A DNA stretch of 64,000 bases from a virus (IMGVR_UViG_3300045116_000451:31654-95653), one strand, 5' to 3'. Counted from the first letter of the stretch, positions 1 to 10,555 are shown. Numbers and translations: made by a program. Notes: generated from the letters alone by a model not told the origin.

Positions 1-321
1 GGTGTGGGTCGCGCTCGGGGCAACGCCCGACTGGTGCGGCGGGAGGTTCCGGTGGGACGAGCGGGCATTCGCGGCCGCTGGCGCGGCGATCGAAATCGCC
101 CGCGCCGAGCTGAAGAACGGGGCGACCGACGCGGCTATCCTCACGCGCGCCATGCGCATCCGACGCCGGGAGGCCAGCATCGATCGCGCCGTGGACGCGG
201 TGCAGTCCCTCGGCGACGCGCTTCGTCGGGGCGTCCCCGTGCGCGTGAGCGGCGAGGTGACCCACGAGCTTGCGCATGCGATCGGACATGTGTTGACCAC
301 GACGTGCGAGGAGGTGGAATC

Positions 322-765
322 ATGAAAACCCTGGACGTGTACGTGCGCGGGTTCTACGAGGCGCGGATCGGTCGGCGTAGGACGCTGGTGCGGATTGACG
401 CCGTCGCACCCGACGGCGGATGGTACGCGACCAATACGAGCACTGTTCGGCCAGTGCGCGTAGTTGCGGCGCAGTTGAGCCCGCCCGATCTGCCTGCGAT
501 CGGCCCTGTCGATCCGGAGCGTGTGGACATGGCGGTGGCCGACATCGTTCAGTACACACCGGAGAATGTGCTCGACACGCACGGATCGTTTCGACTGGCG
601 ATTCTCGGCCCCGACGAGCGAGACGCGGTCGAGCACGCGATCTATTTCGCTCAGGTGTCCGACCTGGCGCGAGCCGTCGCCGAACGGGAGCCGGTGCGCC
701 AGTGGGTGAGCAAACTGCTCGACGAGCGCGACAGAAGGCGCGCGCGTTTGGTGTTCGTGGAGTAG
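322..765 (+). CDS. hypothetical protein
   Basis: ATG after GGAGG, overlapping the stop of the upstream partial ORF (ATGA coupling). Confidence 0.6.
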   Translation: MKTLDVYVRGFYEARIGRRRTLVRIDAVAPDGGWYATNTSTVRPVRVVAAQLSPPDLPAIGPVDPERVDMAVADIVQYTPENVLDTHGSFRLAILGPDERDAVEHAIYFAQVSDLARAVAEREPVRQWVSKLLDERDRRRARLVFVE

Positions 766-775
766 GAGGCTGACC

Positions 776-1012
776 ATGGCTGTCGAAATTCGTGCACGTC
801 AACTGTCCGGAACGAGACGCCGGTTCGTCCCCCCTCCCACGGAACGGTGGGGCACGTTCGAGGACGCCATGGATCATCTCCGTGGCGTTCACGTGCATCC
901 CATCGAATGGGCGTCGGTGCTGTCCGACGAAGAGCGCGCCTGCGGGACCCTGGCGCGGGGCTGGTGCCCCGCGACGTGCACCGCTTACGTTGTGGTGCAG
1001 GTCCGAGAGTAG
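776..1012 (+). CDS. hypothetical protein
   Basis: AGGAGG RBS, 78 aa. Confidence 0.55.
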   Translation: MAVEIRARQLSGTRRRFVPPPTERWGTFEDAMDHLRGVHVHPIEWASVLSDEERACGTLARGWCPATCTAYVVVQVRE

Positions 1013-1198
1013 GTTCGCCCTGCCCCCGCCGGGGGCATGGCCGCGAGGCCGTGGGCGCGCTGGCGACGCGCCGCAGGGACCGCGCGTGAATACGCGCTGT
1101 AGTCCTGCCCGGACGCCCGCGGCTGACATGATGTCGGCCGCGGGAGCCTGGGACGGACTCAGGAGCAAGCCGGGCGCGGCCCGGCACGGAGAACGAAA

Positions 1199-1786
1199 AT
1201 GGATACAGGCGTGAATACGATCGAGTTGGCGGAGAAGGCGCGGCGCGTGCAGGCGGACCATGCCGACTACCTGCTCGCGCGCGAGCGCGAGCGGGAGGCG
1301 GAAGTCGCGTTGCTGCAGGCAACGATCGAGACCGTCCGTCCGGCGCTGCCCGGCATGTCGCAGTGTATTCGGCGCCGGAGCGCCAGCACGAGCGGCCGCA
1401 ACGGCTGCAACCCGGTCGACGAGACGGCCGATTTCGACGACGAGATCGGCGTCCTGCTCGTCGATCGGTACGACCGCGATCGGGACGAGACGGGGAGCCG
1501 GGGCACGTACGGGGGCGATCGGCTCTACCTGCTCGACGATGGGAGACTCGCCGACGTCGAGCGCACTGGTTCGTGGTCGCACTGGCAGGGAGAATGGTCG
1601 AGCTGGGAGGCGGCTCTGTCGCCCATGACCACGGCCGAGGCGGTGAGCGCGTACGGGCTCGACAACATCCTGGCCGGCCTCACCAAGGCGCTCGACGTCC
1701 AGATCGCCGGCAACACCAAGGCGCAGGCGCAGGAATTCCGCGATCGAGCGGACAAGCTGCGTGATGCGCTCAGGCTCTTGAAGTAG
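1199..1786 (+). CDS. hypothetical protein
   Basis: 195 aa, protein-like composition, high GC3. Confidence 0.7.
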   Translation: MDTGVNTIELAEKARRVQADHADYLLAREREREAEVALLQATIETVRPALPGMSQCIRRRSASTSGRNGCNPVDETADFDDEIGVLLVDRYDRDRDETGSRGTYGGDRLYLLDDGRLADVERTGSWSHWQGEWSSWEAALSPMTTAEAVSAYGLDNILAGLTKALDVQIAGNTKAQAQEFRDRADKLRDALRLLK

Positions 1787-1863
1787 CGGCTTGACCGGAC
1801 AAGAGCCAATGCCTATGGTGTCCCGGAGCGCCCGAGGTGCGGCGCTCGGAAAGGCAGGAGCCG

Positions 1864-2217
1864 ATGAAATGGAATGTCTATCAGGCAACCTCCACCACGT
1901 GCTGCGTGGACCACCGCTACATAGCGTTGATGGAGCACGCCAGGGAGATGGCGTCTCTAGCCCGCAAAGCGCTCACCATGGCGCAAGCTCTCAATCGAGA
2001 CGTGTCCTGCGCGACGCTGTGGTGCGCTCCATTTCTCGTGCTCCAGCATGCGCCCGATGACTGGGTCACCAACGGCCAGAAGTGCGACGTAGAGGAAGAC
2101 CGCAACGAGAAAATCGAGGGTGCGAAACTCGTCGCAGCCACGGGCGGGTGGCGAATTTGTTTCACGCTCCGTCATCAGGGCGACGAGTACGAAACACCCA
2201 TGATCAAGTGGGACTAG
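1864..2217 (+). CDS. hypothetical protein
   Basis: AGGAG RBS before ATG 1864. Confidence 0.55.
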   Translation: MKWNVYQATSTTCCVDHRYIALMEHAREMASLARKALTMAQALNRDVSCATLWCAPFLVLQHAPDDWVTNGQKCDVEEDRNEKIEGAKLVAATGGWRICFTLRHQGDEYETPMIKWD

Positions 2218-2273
2218 AGACATGCGACTGCGCGGCGCACGGCGCGCTCGCGCACGACGAAAGGACGGCAGCT

Positions 2274-2702
2274 ATGTCGAAGTCGAAGCACGAAAAGAAA
2301 CTGATGAAAAAGATGGCCAGAATGGCCGAGGAAGGGCCGCTCGTGACCGGAGGGCTGGAGTCTGCCTGGTGGCGGAACGCCGGCCCGCCGGCCGCCGCGA
2401 ATCTGACACTCGTCCCGACGCCCGAGATGAGCGCGTTCGGCGTGCCGGGCGAGGTGCTCGGCCGCTGTAGCGTCCGAGGGTGCCAGGGCAAGGTCGTCGT
2501 CGGAGGGCTCGCCGAGGACAACCCCGGCCTCGCCTGGTGCGGTTGCGACACGTGCGGGATCGAGTCTCGCGCGCGCATCCTGCGCGAGCCCGATGGCAAG
2601 AAGGCGCGAAAGCGCGCCCGAGCGCTACTCGACGAGCGGCTGAGCCTGTCCGTCGAGGACGAAGCCCGCTACGAGGCCATGTTCGCGGAAGGCGCTGGTT
2701 GA
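2274..2702 (+). CDS. hypothetical Zn-ribbon protein
   Basis: CSVRGC...CDTC cysteine pairs. Confidence 0.55.
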   Translation: MSKSKHEKKLMKKMARMAEEGPLVTGGLESAWWRNAGPPAAANLTLVPTPEMSAFGVPGEVLGRCSVRGCQGKVVVGGLAEDNPGLAWCGCDTCGIESRARILREPDGKKARKRARALLDERLSLSVEDEARYEAMFAEGAG

Positions 2703-2705
2703 CGC

Positions 2706-2987
2706 ATGGACACCACACGCAAGGCGATCGTTGCCGAGGTGACCTCGGCCATCGTGCGCGCGCTGCGCTCCGGCATGACTGCGGAGCGGGCGGCAACGGT
2801 GCTGCTCGCCGCCGGCCAGGTGCTGCGCGAAGAACTGGACGAGCCCGCCCGCCAGCGCGTGACCGAGCAGGCCGACGCAATGGCGTCGCTGGTCGGCATG
2901 GCCCGCGCTGCAGCGCAACTCCTGCGCAAGGGCAAGTTACCTCCAGCCGGACCGTCGGGCAGCCCGCCACCTGCGGAATGCGGCTGA
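2706..2987 (+). CDS. hypothetical protein
   Basis: 93 aa helical ORF in operon. Confidence 0.55.
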   Translation: MDTTRKAIVAEVTSAIVRALRSGMTAERAATVLLAAGQVLREELDEPARQRVTEQADAMASLVGMARAAAQLLRKGKLPPAGPSGSPPPAECG

Positions 2988-3008
2988 TACGGTCTACGGA
3001 GACGACCA

Positions 3009-4802
3009 ATGCACGTGACCGTTCACGGCTCGCTGTTCATGATCCAACTCACGAACCAGCAGCGGTTCGTGGCCGACGCGCAATACCTGCGTTCGCTCGG
3101 CATGAGATTCCACGGCATCAAATGCAAGGGTCGCTGCGCTGCATGCGAGCAGGACGCCCCTCGCAAGCGCTGGTGGACCGAGCACGCGACGCTGGCGCGC
3201 ATGGCCGCGACGTCCTGGGACGAGGCTGCGGGGGCCGCGTTCGCTCGGCTCGAAGGGCAGGTGCGCGACAGCGCGGCCACCGACGCGGACGTGGACACGC
3301 CGTGCCCCGAGGGGCTCAGCTATCGCGGCTACCAGAAGGCCGCGATCCTGTTCGCCCGGGGCCGGCGGGGCGTTCTCATCGGCGACGAAATGGGCGTCGG
3401 CAAGACGATCGAGGCCCTCGGCATCGCGAACGACGACCGCTCGTTTGAGCGCGTGCTCGTCATCTGCCCGCTCGGGCTCAGGGCCAACTGGGCGCACGAG
3501 GCCAACCGATGGCTCGTGCGATGCCAGGGGCCGAACGCAATCCGGCCGGTGGTCGCGCAAAGCTCGGACGACGTGCCCGGCCCCGACGAGCCGTGCGTGC
3601 TCGTCGCGAACGTCGAACGCATGCTCAGCCATCGGCTCGGTACCGGTGAGGTGCGCGCTCGCGGCAAGCGCCTTCTCGCCGCACTCCTGGCGCAGCGATG
3701 GGACGTGCTCATCGTGGACGAGGTTCACCGGCTCCGCACGCAGCACTCGGAGAGTACGTTCTGCGTGTTCGGCTCGCCCGACAAAGACCTCGTCAAGGGC
3801 CATCCCATGCCTGCGAGGCCGGGCCTGGTGTCGCGCGCACGTCGCGTCGTGCTGCTCACGGGTACGCCGATCCCAAACCGCACCCGGGACATCTGGCAGG
3901 CTGTCCACGCGCTCGTGCCCGAGGAATTCCCGAACCACTGGTCGTTTTTGCACCGCTATTGCGGCGCTCGACGGGTCACGTATCCCGTGCGTGGCGGTCA
4001 CGGGGAAACGCGCGAAAGCTGGACGTTCGACGGCTGTACGAATTCCGCGGATCTGTACCTACGCCTGCGCGCGTCGTGCATGATCCGGCGATTGAAGGGC
4101 GACGTGTTGAGCGAGCTGCCGGCGAAAACACGTGAGATCATCGTGCTGCCGTCCGACGACATCAAGGCCGTGGTCGATCGCGAGCGGGATGCCTGGCGCC
4201 AACTCGGCCTGATTCGGTCCGAAGGAACGGCGATCGACTACGAGCAAGCGCTCGACCGGCTGCACGGCGCGCCTTGCGGCGTCGGGCCGGCCGCCGAGAT
4301 CGCCGAAGCGCGCCAGGACCTCGGGCTCGCCAAGGTGCCGTACCTGGTGCAACACCTCGAATCGATGCGCGACCAGGGCATCGCGAAAATCGTAGTGTTC
4401 GGGCACCATCACGTCGTGCTCGAAGAGCTGCACGATCGCTACCCCGAATCGGTGCTCCTGTACGGTCCCAGCAGCGAGCGCGAGCGAGAGGACGCCCTGC
4501 ATGCGTTCACGTGCACCAAGGTGCCCGTGTTCATCGGCTCGATCCAGGCCGCGGGCATCGGCCTGAATCTGCAAGTCGCCTCGCACGTTCTGTTCGTGGA
4601 GGCGAGCTGGAACCACTCGGACCTCGTACAGGCCGAGGACCGCGTGCACCGGCTCGGCCAGCGGGAGCCCGTGCTGGTGCAGCACTTCGTGTTCGACGGC
4701 ACGATCGAGGGGGACATCCTGCGCCGCGCAATCGAAAAGCAGGCGGACGCCGACAAGGTGCTCGACGCAAAGGCGCCCGGCGCGCCGGAAAGGCAGGGCT
4801 GA
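3009..4802 (+). CDS. SNF2-family (SMARCAL1/HARP-like) helicase
   Basis: GDEMGVGKT Walker A, DEVH, LTGTP, GIGLNL, QAEDRVHRLGQ. Confidence 0.93.
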   Translation: MHVTVHGSLFMIQLTNQQRFVADAQYLRSLGMRFHGIKCKGRCAACEQDAPRKRWWTEHATLARMAATSWDEAAGAAFARLEGQVRDSAATDADVDTPCPEGLSYRGYQKAAILFARGRRGVLIGDEMGVGKTIEALGIANDDRSFERVLVICPLGLRANWAHEANRWLVRCQGPNAIRPVVAQSSDDVPGPDEPCVLVANVERMLSHRLGTGEVRARGKRLLAALLAQRWDVLIVDEVHRLRTQHSESTFCVFGSPDKDLVKGHPMPARPGLVSRARRVVLLTGTPIPNRTRDIWQAVHALVPEEFPNHWSFLHRYCGARRVTYPVRGGHGETRESWTFDGCTNSADLYLRLRASCMIRRLKGDVLSELPAKTREIIVLPSDDIKAVVDRERDAWRQLGLIRSEGTAIDYEQALDRLHGAPCGVGPAAEIAEARQDLGLAKVPYLVQHLESMRDQGIAKIVVFGHHHVVLEELHDRYPESVLLYGPSSEREREDALHAFTCTKVPVFIGSIQAAGIGLNLQVASHVLFVEASWNHSDLVQAEDRVHRLGQREPVLVQHFVFDGTIEGDILRRAIEKQADADKVLDAKAPGAPERQG

Positions 4803-4803
4803 C

Positions 4804-5256
4804 ATGTACGACGAATTGTTGGCCGCGCGGGCCGTCGCGGATGCGGAGCGCTGGTGTCTCGACTCCGGCGTACCGTCTCTCGTGCGACCCGCGCGCGATG
4901 GCTACGACATGCGGACGGCGCTTCTGCGGCACGTCGCGACCGCGATCGAAGACACGCTCGGCATGCCGGCCCTGGACGTGCGCCACACGCGCAGCTACGA
5001 TGAGCGCGCATCCCCGCGCGAGCACGCGCTGCAGCTGCGAGACAACGTGGTCACGGCCGTTGCGGCGACCATGTCGCACCTCGGACTGCCCGACTCCGTG
5101 CAGGTCACGGTGCAACCTGTCTCGCGCATGTCGTTCGGTTCCTCGAAGCGAACCGTCGTGATCGTCGAGCTTTGCATGGCAGGGGTCGAGCCCCCTCTGT
5201 GCGCGATCTGGGACACCGAAATGCTAGGAGAACCATCATGCGAAAGTATCTTTTGA
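4804..5256 (+). CDS. hypothetical protein
   Basis: 150 aa, directly follows helicase stop. Confidence 0.6.
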   Translation: MYDELLAARAVADAERWCLDSGVPSLVRPARDGYDMRTALLRHVATAIEDTLGMPALDVRHTRSYDERASPREHALQLRDNVVTAVAATMSHLGLPDSVQVTVQPVSRMSFGSSKRTVVIVELCMAGVEPPLCAIWDTEMLGEPSCESIF

Positions 5257-5576
5257 ACAGCGCCGTGATCACATCGCCGGGCATGTATTGCTACGAGCAC
5301 GTCGATCTGGACGAAGCAACCAAGTGGCTCGAAGCCGGCGATTGGACGAGCACCATCGGTTACCCGGAGACGGCCGAGGCCCTGTCGGAGCTGACCGGGC
5401 TGCGCATCCCGGTGAACCGGAGCGTCGTCACGATGCAGCCGGGCGACCAGGCGCTCGTGTTCCGGCTCGTGCTGCCACCGGGCGCCCGTCGGGTCGCCCC
5501 CGGCGCCAAGGGCGGCCTGGGCGTGGGCTACATCCTGCAGCACTGCGAGATCGGCCTGCTCGAACGGGTTTCCTGA
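5238..5576 (+). CDS. DUF1874 / STIV B116 / YddF (AcrIII-1 ring nuclease) family protein, His replaced by Tyr
   Basis: YLLNS N-terminus, STIGYPETAEALSELTG, PVNR, MQPGDQALVFRL pattern; AGGAG RBS. Confidence 0.8.
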   Translation: MRKYLLNSAVITSPGMYCYEHVDLDEATKWLEAGDWTSTIGYPETAEALSELTGLRIPVNRSVVTMQPGDQALVFRLVLPPGARRVAPGAKGGLGVGYILQHCEIGLLERVS

Positions 5577-5630
5577 GAAACTCCCGCCGGGGGCTTGACT
5601 CCCCACGCACAGATAAAGCACACTCTACGT

Positions 5631-6377
5631 ATGCAGGGTGACGGTCCCGCCATTCGACGCCACCTCGACGCACGCCTGGTCAGCTACGCGCTGTCCGTGG
5701 TCGAGGGCAAGATGGACCAGGAGCTGGCCGGCACGCTCCAGACGTGCGCTGCGGCCTGTCTTCAAGCCGCGAGCGGCATCCTGGCGCTCGTGATGGCCTG
5801 CCGGGCAACGGCGCGCGCGCCGGCCCTGGTGCGCCTGCTCGACGCCAAGCAGCGCGAACGCTTGACCACGCTTCTCGAAAGCGTCGCCGAGGTGGTCGAG
5901 GACTCGTGGAAAGGTCAGCTGCAGGAAGTCATGGAGGTGGTGGTCGTCATGGCGTGCTCGACCACGGACGATCCCGAAGTCGAAGCGAACCTGCGCAGCT
6001 GGGCTCACGGGCTGCGCCTGGACACGCGCGCGCTCGCAGTACACGAGGACGAGGACACGATCGAGGACGTCGTCGAACCCGACACGCCCATGCACCGCAG
6101 GGAGCACAAGCGCCGATCGCGCTCGTCGCGCTCGGCCTACCAGAAGGAACGCTGCGACAACCTGGTCGCACGCGCCGTTTCGATGGGCGTTCACACGACG
6201 CGGCCGCTTCTCGCGAACGGACAGGTCGTGATCATCGGCCAGGCGCCTCGGGGACAGGCGAGGCTCGCGAAGCTGCGGGGCTCCATGGCCGAAGCCGAGG
6301 TGCTCTGCAAGCAGATCAACGAGCAGATCCGCCAGCTCGGCGTCGGCGAGCCGAAGCTATCTCAGGCCGTGGGATGA
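5631..6377 (+). CDS. hypothetical protein
   Basis: About 248 aa; stop overlaps recombinase start (ATGA). Confidence 0.65.
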   Translation: MQGDGPAIRRHLDARLVSYALSVVEGKMDQELAGTLQTCAAACLQAASGILALVMACRATARAPALVRLLDAKQRERLTTLLESVAEVVEDSWKGQLQEVMEVVVVMACSTTDDPEVEANLRSWAHGLRLDTRALAVHEDEDTIEDVVEPDTPMHRREHKRRSRSSRSAYQKERCDNLVARAVSMGVHTTRPLLANGQVVIIGQAPRGQARLAKLRGSMAEAEVLCKQINEQIRQLGVGEPKLSQAVG

Positions 6378-9300
6378 TCGAGCCCGAGGACACGCTCACG
6401 GCGGTGCCGAACCGAGCCGACGCGCTCGGCGCGTTCGGCGAGCTTGCGAACGGCCAGGCGGGCTACAAGGAATCGCGATACGCGCAGGCGATCCGCTCGC
6501 TCGTCGAGCGGCTCATGATGAGGGCGACTTCGATCCAGCAAGTGCGCGGCAAGCGCCGGCTGCGAGAGCGCCCGCAAGACCGCTCGAACAGCGTCAAGAC
6601 GTACGTCAAGGCGCTGGAGCTGTTTTCGTACTGGTCGGTCACGATCTACGGCCGTGAGCTGGACCCGGCCGAGGTCACGACGGCCGTCGTCGGCGATTAC
6701 GTGTCGTGGCTCCGGGCGGACGCGACGCGTGCCATCGCGAACGCATCGCCCGAGCAGCAACAACGGCGCGAGGAATACGTCAAGACGCGTCTCGCAGTGC
6801 GGCGGCTCATGATCCGCGCATCCGGCACGGATGCGATCCAGGTGCACGACGCTGCCCTCAGCGCGATCGAGACGTACGGACAGGCGAACATCCACCAAAT
6901 CTACGAGGCGCTGCCTCCCAGGGTTCGAGACCGTTACGTGCTGCCGAAGCAAGATGCACGCGTGCCCCTGGACTACTCGCAGCTGCACCGCGTGCTCAAC
7001 ACCTTGCTCCGAGCGCACAGAGTGATCGAACGCAGCCCAAGCTCGCGCCAGATCCGCTCCCGGAAGGGCTACATCTGGTCGACCGAAGAGCGCGATCCGC
7101 TCATTTACCGCTACCTTCTGGCAAGGGTGACGCCGCTCAAAGAAACGAGCGTTTCGACGCACCTTTCGGCTCTGAGCGCTGTTTGGCGCGAAATGCTCAA
7201 GCGCACGGACCAGGGCCCCGCACCCCTGGTGTTCAACCCGTGGGCAGACGCGCTCAGCCAGTCGTCGTGGAGGGTACGCGCGCAGAAGACGGCCGAACGA
7301 TCACAGCTCGTGCCGAGCAAAGCGCTCACCAAGCCCATTGTGCGAGCGCTTTTTGGCGCCGCTTCGGGACCGGCGCTGGAGCAGCGGCGCGACAAGCTGG
7401 CGCTGGCGCTTCTCACCTGGCTCGGGCTTCGGGCCGAGGAAGTCGTCGGGGCGCTGCGGGCGGACCTGGGCACGCGCGAGGGCGCGATGGCGCTCACGGT
7501 CTACGGCAAGGGCAACAAGGCGCGCCTGGTGCCCGTCTTCGCGGAAATCCGGCAGGCGTTTGAGCTGCTGAACGACACGCTTGGGTCGATGACCCGTGAG
7601 ACGTTCGTCGGCGAGGACGGCCAGCGAAGGCCCACCTACAGCGCGCGTTACGCGATGGCGCTGCTCGAACCGGACGCGCCGCTCGTGCCTTCGCTCGTGC
7701 GCTGGGGCACGAACGTACGCACGGGCGATCCAGAAGCCGACGCACGCAACCCGCTGGACACCTCGGGTCTGCGGGCGCTCGTGTGCAAGCTCGGCGACCG
7801 AGCGAGGGTGCGCGTGGTCGCGACCGGTGAGATCCGGGCGCTCGACACGTCCGAGCGGGCGCGTGTGCACCCGCACGCCTTCCGGCACTACGCCGCCACC
7901 GCGGCTTCCGAGGGGGGCGTGAGCATGGTCAAGATCAAGGGTCTGCTCGGCCACGAGTCGATCCGCACGACCGAAGGCTACGTAGAGGTGCCGGCCGAGA
8001 CGAGCGTCGAGGTGTCGGTGGCGATCTACAGGGCGACGGAGGGGGGCGAGGCGATGACGGCCGATGAGCTTTCGTCGGCGAGGGTGCGGTCCTCGGCGAT
8101 CGAGCAGCCGGAGATCGAAGGGGTCGTGGTGCAGCCGGCGAGGGTGGTTGGAACGGCGCCGGCGGTTTCTCCTTTGGCTGGCTCGGCGCGTGTGGATCCG
8201 GGCGAGAAGGTCGCAAGCCCTGGCTGGGCCTACGTGCCGGGATCGGAAAAGACGATCGCGTACATCCCGCGTGGGATGACCGCGGTCGCGTTCTCGCGGC
8301 ATGTGCAGTCGCAGGCCCAAGGGGCGAGGGCACGGGCGGAGAAGGCTCGCGAGACGGGCGACGCCAAGACGTACGAGAGCGCGCTCGCGGAGTACGTCGT
8401 GTGGCGCTCGAAGTACCTTTACGTGACCATGCGACAGGGCGAAAAGAGCAAGCTCGCGTGGTGGACTGGACGGGCTGGACGATGGCAGGGGCTGGAGCGC
8501 GCGCCGATCATGGGACCTTCGCAGCTCGGGCCTGAGACCGATCGGGATCGAATCGTCACGGACGGCTTGAAAGCGCTGTACGAAGCGTTCTGGGAGACGC
8601 GTGGGCCGACGAGCGCTTCGGCTCTTGCCGTGTGGGTCGGTGAGATGGTGGACACGGCTGCAGGCGTGTTTGCCAGGGCCATGGTCGAGAGGGGCGACAG
8701 CTGGGTGGCCTACGACGAGCCGGCGGCGCCGGTCGAGCCTGTGGTGCGCATGCACCGCTCCGAGGCGATTCTGGAATGGTTCGAGCGCTGGGGCTGGAGC
8801 TACCGCGTGACGGGCGAAAAGGGTTCCGAGCGAGGCGGCAACGTTGCCCTGGCCGAGTTGGAAAGCTTACCGGAGTGGTTCTGGCTGGAGGACCCTCTGC
8901 TCGCGCTGCCAGCTGCGGAGCGCCGGCAGCTTCGCTTGTGGATCGAGCAGCTGCAGGCGCTGCGCCCGTCGCCTGGGCGTCTTGCCGAGGCGGTCGAGCA
9001 GATGGTGGACATCATGCGGGCATACCGCAAGCTCGGCCGCGCCTACGAACAGCGTCTCGAGCGAGAAGGTCGAGAAGAGCTTTCGCCCGAGCTGAAGCTG
9101 ATGGGCGATCGGCTGCGCGGGATGGAGGGCGCGTTCGCGCAGCAGGCGTTTAGGCTGTGGCCTACGTTGCGCGAGCCCCTGAGCGCGGCCGCGATCGTGA
9201 TGGGTCCTGGCCTGCCCTTCAGGGATCGGCTCGCGAAGGCGCTGCGGGCCCAAGGGATCGACATGGGCAACGCTTCGCAGGCACGCCTGGATCCTGTGCT

Positions 9301-10555
9301 GCTGCCCGAGGATGCAAGAGCTGGCACGCACGTCTTCGATGCCGCGCGTCTTCGCTTCGACGCAAGGGACACGATCGTGCACACGGCTGCGGACAAGCGA
9401 GCATGGTTCGAGCAGTTCGGAACGGACTCCGAGTGCGTGGCGCGGCGGGCTGTGCGCGTTCTGTGGGAGCGTCGGCAGCGTCTTCTCCGATCGCAGGCGC
9501 ACACGCTCGTGTCGCGACACCTCGACATGTGGCTGGCCTCGCTCATACCGTGCCCGGCCGAGATCGAAGAGCGCATGAAGTCGAAGGGCTGGAAGCCGCC
9601 GGCTAGCGCCGAGGAAAGGCTCGAAACTTCGGCGGCGGCTTGGCGTGCGCTCATGGCGGCGATCCGCCGCAGCCTGGGACAGCCGGACCCGGAGGTGTCC
9701 CAGCAGGCCGAGCAGGGGGCCGTGGAGCTATTCGCGCCCGAGGTGCCCGAGGTGCAGGCGATCGTGGCCGAGGGCGCCGAGCAGCCCGTGGCCGTGAGCC
9801 CGGAGCGCTTCGAGGCAACGGGCGAGCTTCCCCAGGAAGCGACGGCGCCTGCCGCCGCAGCGGCGCCGGAGCCTGCTGTAGTACCGCAAGCGGCGGCGAG
9901 CGCGCTGCGCGCGTCCGCCCAGCGAGACGGCGACCTCATCGCGATCGACGCGCGAGCGCTGTTCGATACGGCCTCCGGCAAGGTCACCTGGCTCGTGCTC
10001 ACGGCAGGTGCGGCGGTGCTGGGCTGGCCCGCGGACCTGCTCCGCAAGTTCGGGGCGGGGGCCGGCAGAGTTGCGAAGGTGGCCCTGCTGGACGTCGGCG
10101 GCGCCCGCTTGATCTTTCGCTGGCCGGGCGACAAGGGAGGCTTCGTGCTGCCGGCGAAGGTGTCGGCTCCGCCCGAGGGCGAGACGGTCACCCTCGTGGA
10201 CGTGACGCCTGCCGAGGAGCGAGCGACCCCGAACCCCCCATGGGCCGACCCTAACCAGCAAGCGGCCCAGTGGCCCGGCTATCCAGGAGTGGACCCCGCT
10301 GACCAAGGCTCAGCGCTCATGGATTGCATCGCGTGGCCCGAGCAACGAGAAGCCGAGCCGACGCCCATCGACCGCTGGAGGCTCGCGTGCGCGATGCGCA
10401 CCTACTCGATCTTGAAGCGCGCCGAGGCCGGAGCGCTCGGGGGACGGGTGCCGTCCGGCTGGAGCCGTTCTCCCCAGGCAGCCCTGCCGAACGCGGTGCC
10501 ATCGGTGCTGCCGCACCCGATCGACGTCGCGATGGCCGCCGCTCGCTCGACCTAG
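6374..10555 (+). CDS. Giant tyrosine recombinase/integrase (1393 aa) with long unknown C-terminal extension
   Basis: GLRAEE (R), GKGNK (K), HAFRH (HxxR), LLGHES (H), TTEGY (Y) within the first ~540 aa; ATG 6374 coupled to the upstream stop. Confidence 0.9.
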   Translation: MIEPEDTLTAVPNRADALGAFGELANGQAGYKESRYAQAIRSLVERLMMRATSIQQVRGKRRLRERPQDRSNSVKTYVKALELFSYWSVTIYGRELDPAEVTTAVVGDYVSWLRADATRAIANASPEQQQRREEYVKTRLAVRRLMIRASGTDAIQVHDAALSAIETYGQANIHQIYEALPPRVRDRYVLPKQDARVPLDYSQLHRVLNTLLRAHRVIERSPSSRQIRSRKGYIWSTEERDPLIYRYLLARVTPLKETSVSTHLSALSAVWREMLKRTDQGPAPLVFNPWADALSQSSWRVRAQKTAERSQLVPSKALTKPIVRALFGAASGPALEQRRDKLALALLTWLGLRAEEVVGALRADLGTREGAMALTVYGKGNKARLVPVFAEIRQAFELLNDTLGSMTRETFVGEDGQRRPTYSARYAMALLEPDAPLVPSLVRWGTNVRTGDPEADARNPLDTSGLRALVCKLGDRARVRVVATGEIRALDTSERARVHPHAFRHYAATAASEGGVSMVKIKGLLGHESIRTTEGYVEVPAETSVEVSVAIYRATEGGEAMTADELSSARVRSSAIEQPEIEGVVVQPARVVGTAPAVSPLAGSARVDPGEKVASPGWAYVPGSEKTIAYIPRGMTAVAFSRHVQSQAQGARARAEKARETGDAKTYESALAEYVVWRSKYLYVTMRQGEKSKLAWWTGRAGRWQGLERAPIMGPSQLGPETDRDRIVTDGLKALYEAFWETRGPTSASALAVWVGEMVDTAAGVFARAMVERGDSWVAYDEPAAPVEPVVRMHRSEAILEWFERWGWSYRVTGEKGSERGGNVALAELESLPEWFWLEDPLLALPAAERRQLRLWIEQLQALRPSPGRLAEAVEQMVDIMRAYRKLGRAYEQRLEREGREELSPELKLMGDRLRGMEGAFAQQAFRLWPTLREPLSAAAIVMGPGLPFRDRLAKALRAQGIDMGNASQARLDPVLLPEDARAGTHVFDAARLRFDARDTIVHTAADKRAWFEQFGTDSECVARRAVRVLWERRQRLLRSQAHTLVSRHLDMWLASLIPCPAEIEERMKSKGWKPPASAEERLETSAAAWRALMAAIRRSLGQPDPEVSQQAEQGAVELFAPEVPEVQAIVAEGAEQPVAVSPERFEATGELPQEATAPAAAAAPEPAVVPQAAASALRASAQRDGDLIAIDARALFDTASGKVTWLVLTAGAAVLGWPADLLRKFGAGAGRVAKVALLDVGGARLIFRWPGDKGGFVLPAKVSAPPEGETVTLVDVTPAEERATPNPPWADPNQQAAQWPGYPGVDPADQGSALMDCIAWPEQREAEPTPIDRWRLACAMRTYSILKRAEAGALGGRVPSGWSRSPQAALPNAVPSVLPHPIDVAMAAARST

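Noticed and set aside
5744-6373. N-terminal 210 aa of the 1603-aa ORF
   Set aside because: Overlaps the better ORF 5631-6377 and reads as off-frame Arg-rich sequence; ATG 6374 is coupled to the upstream stop
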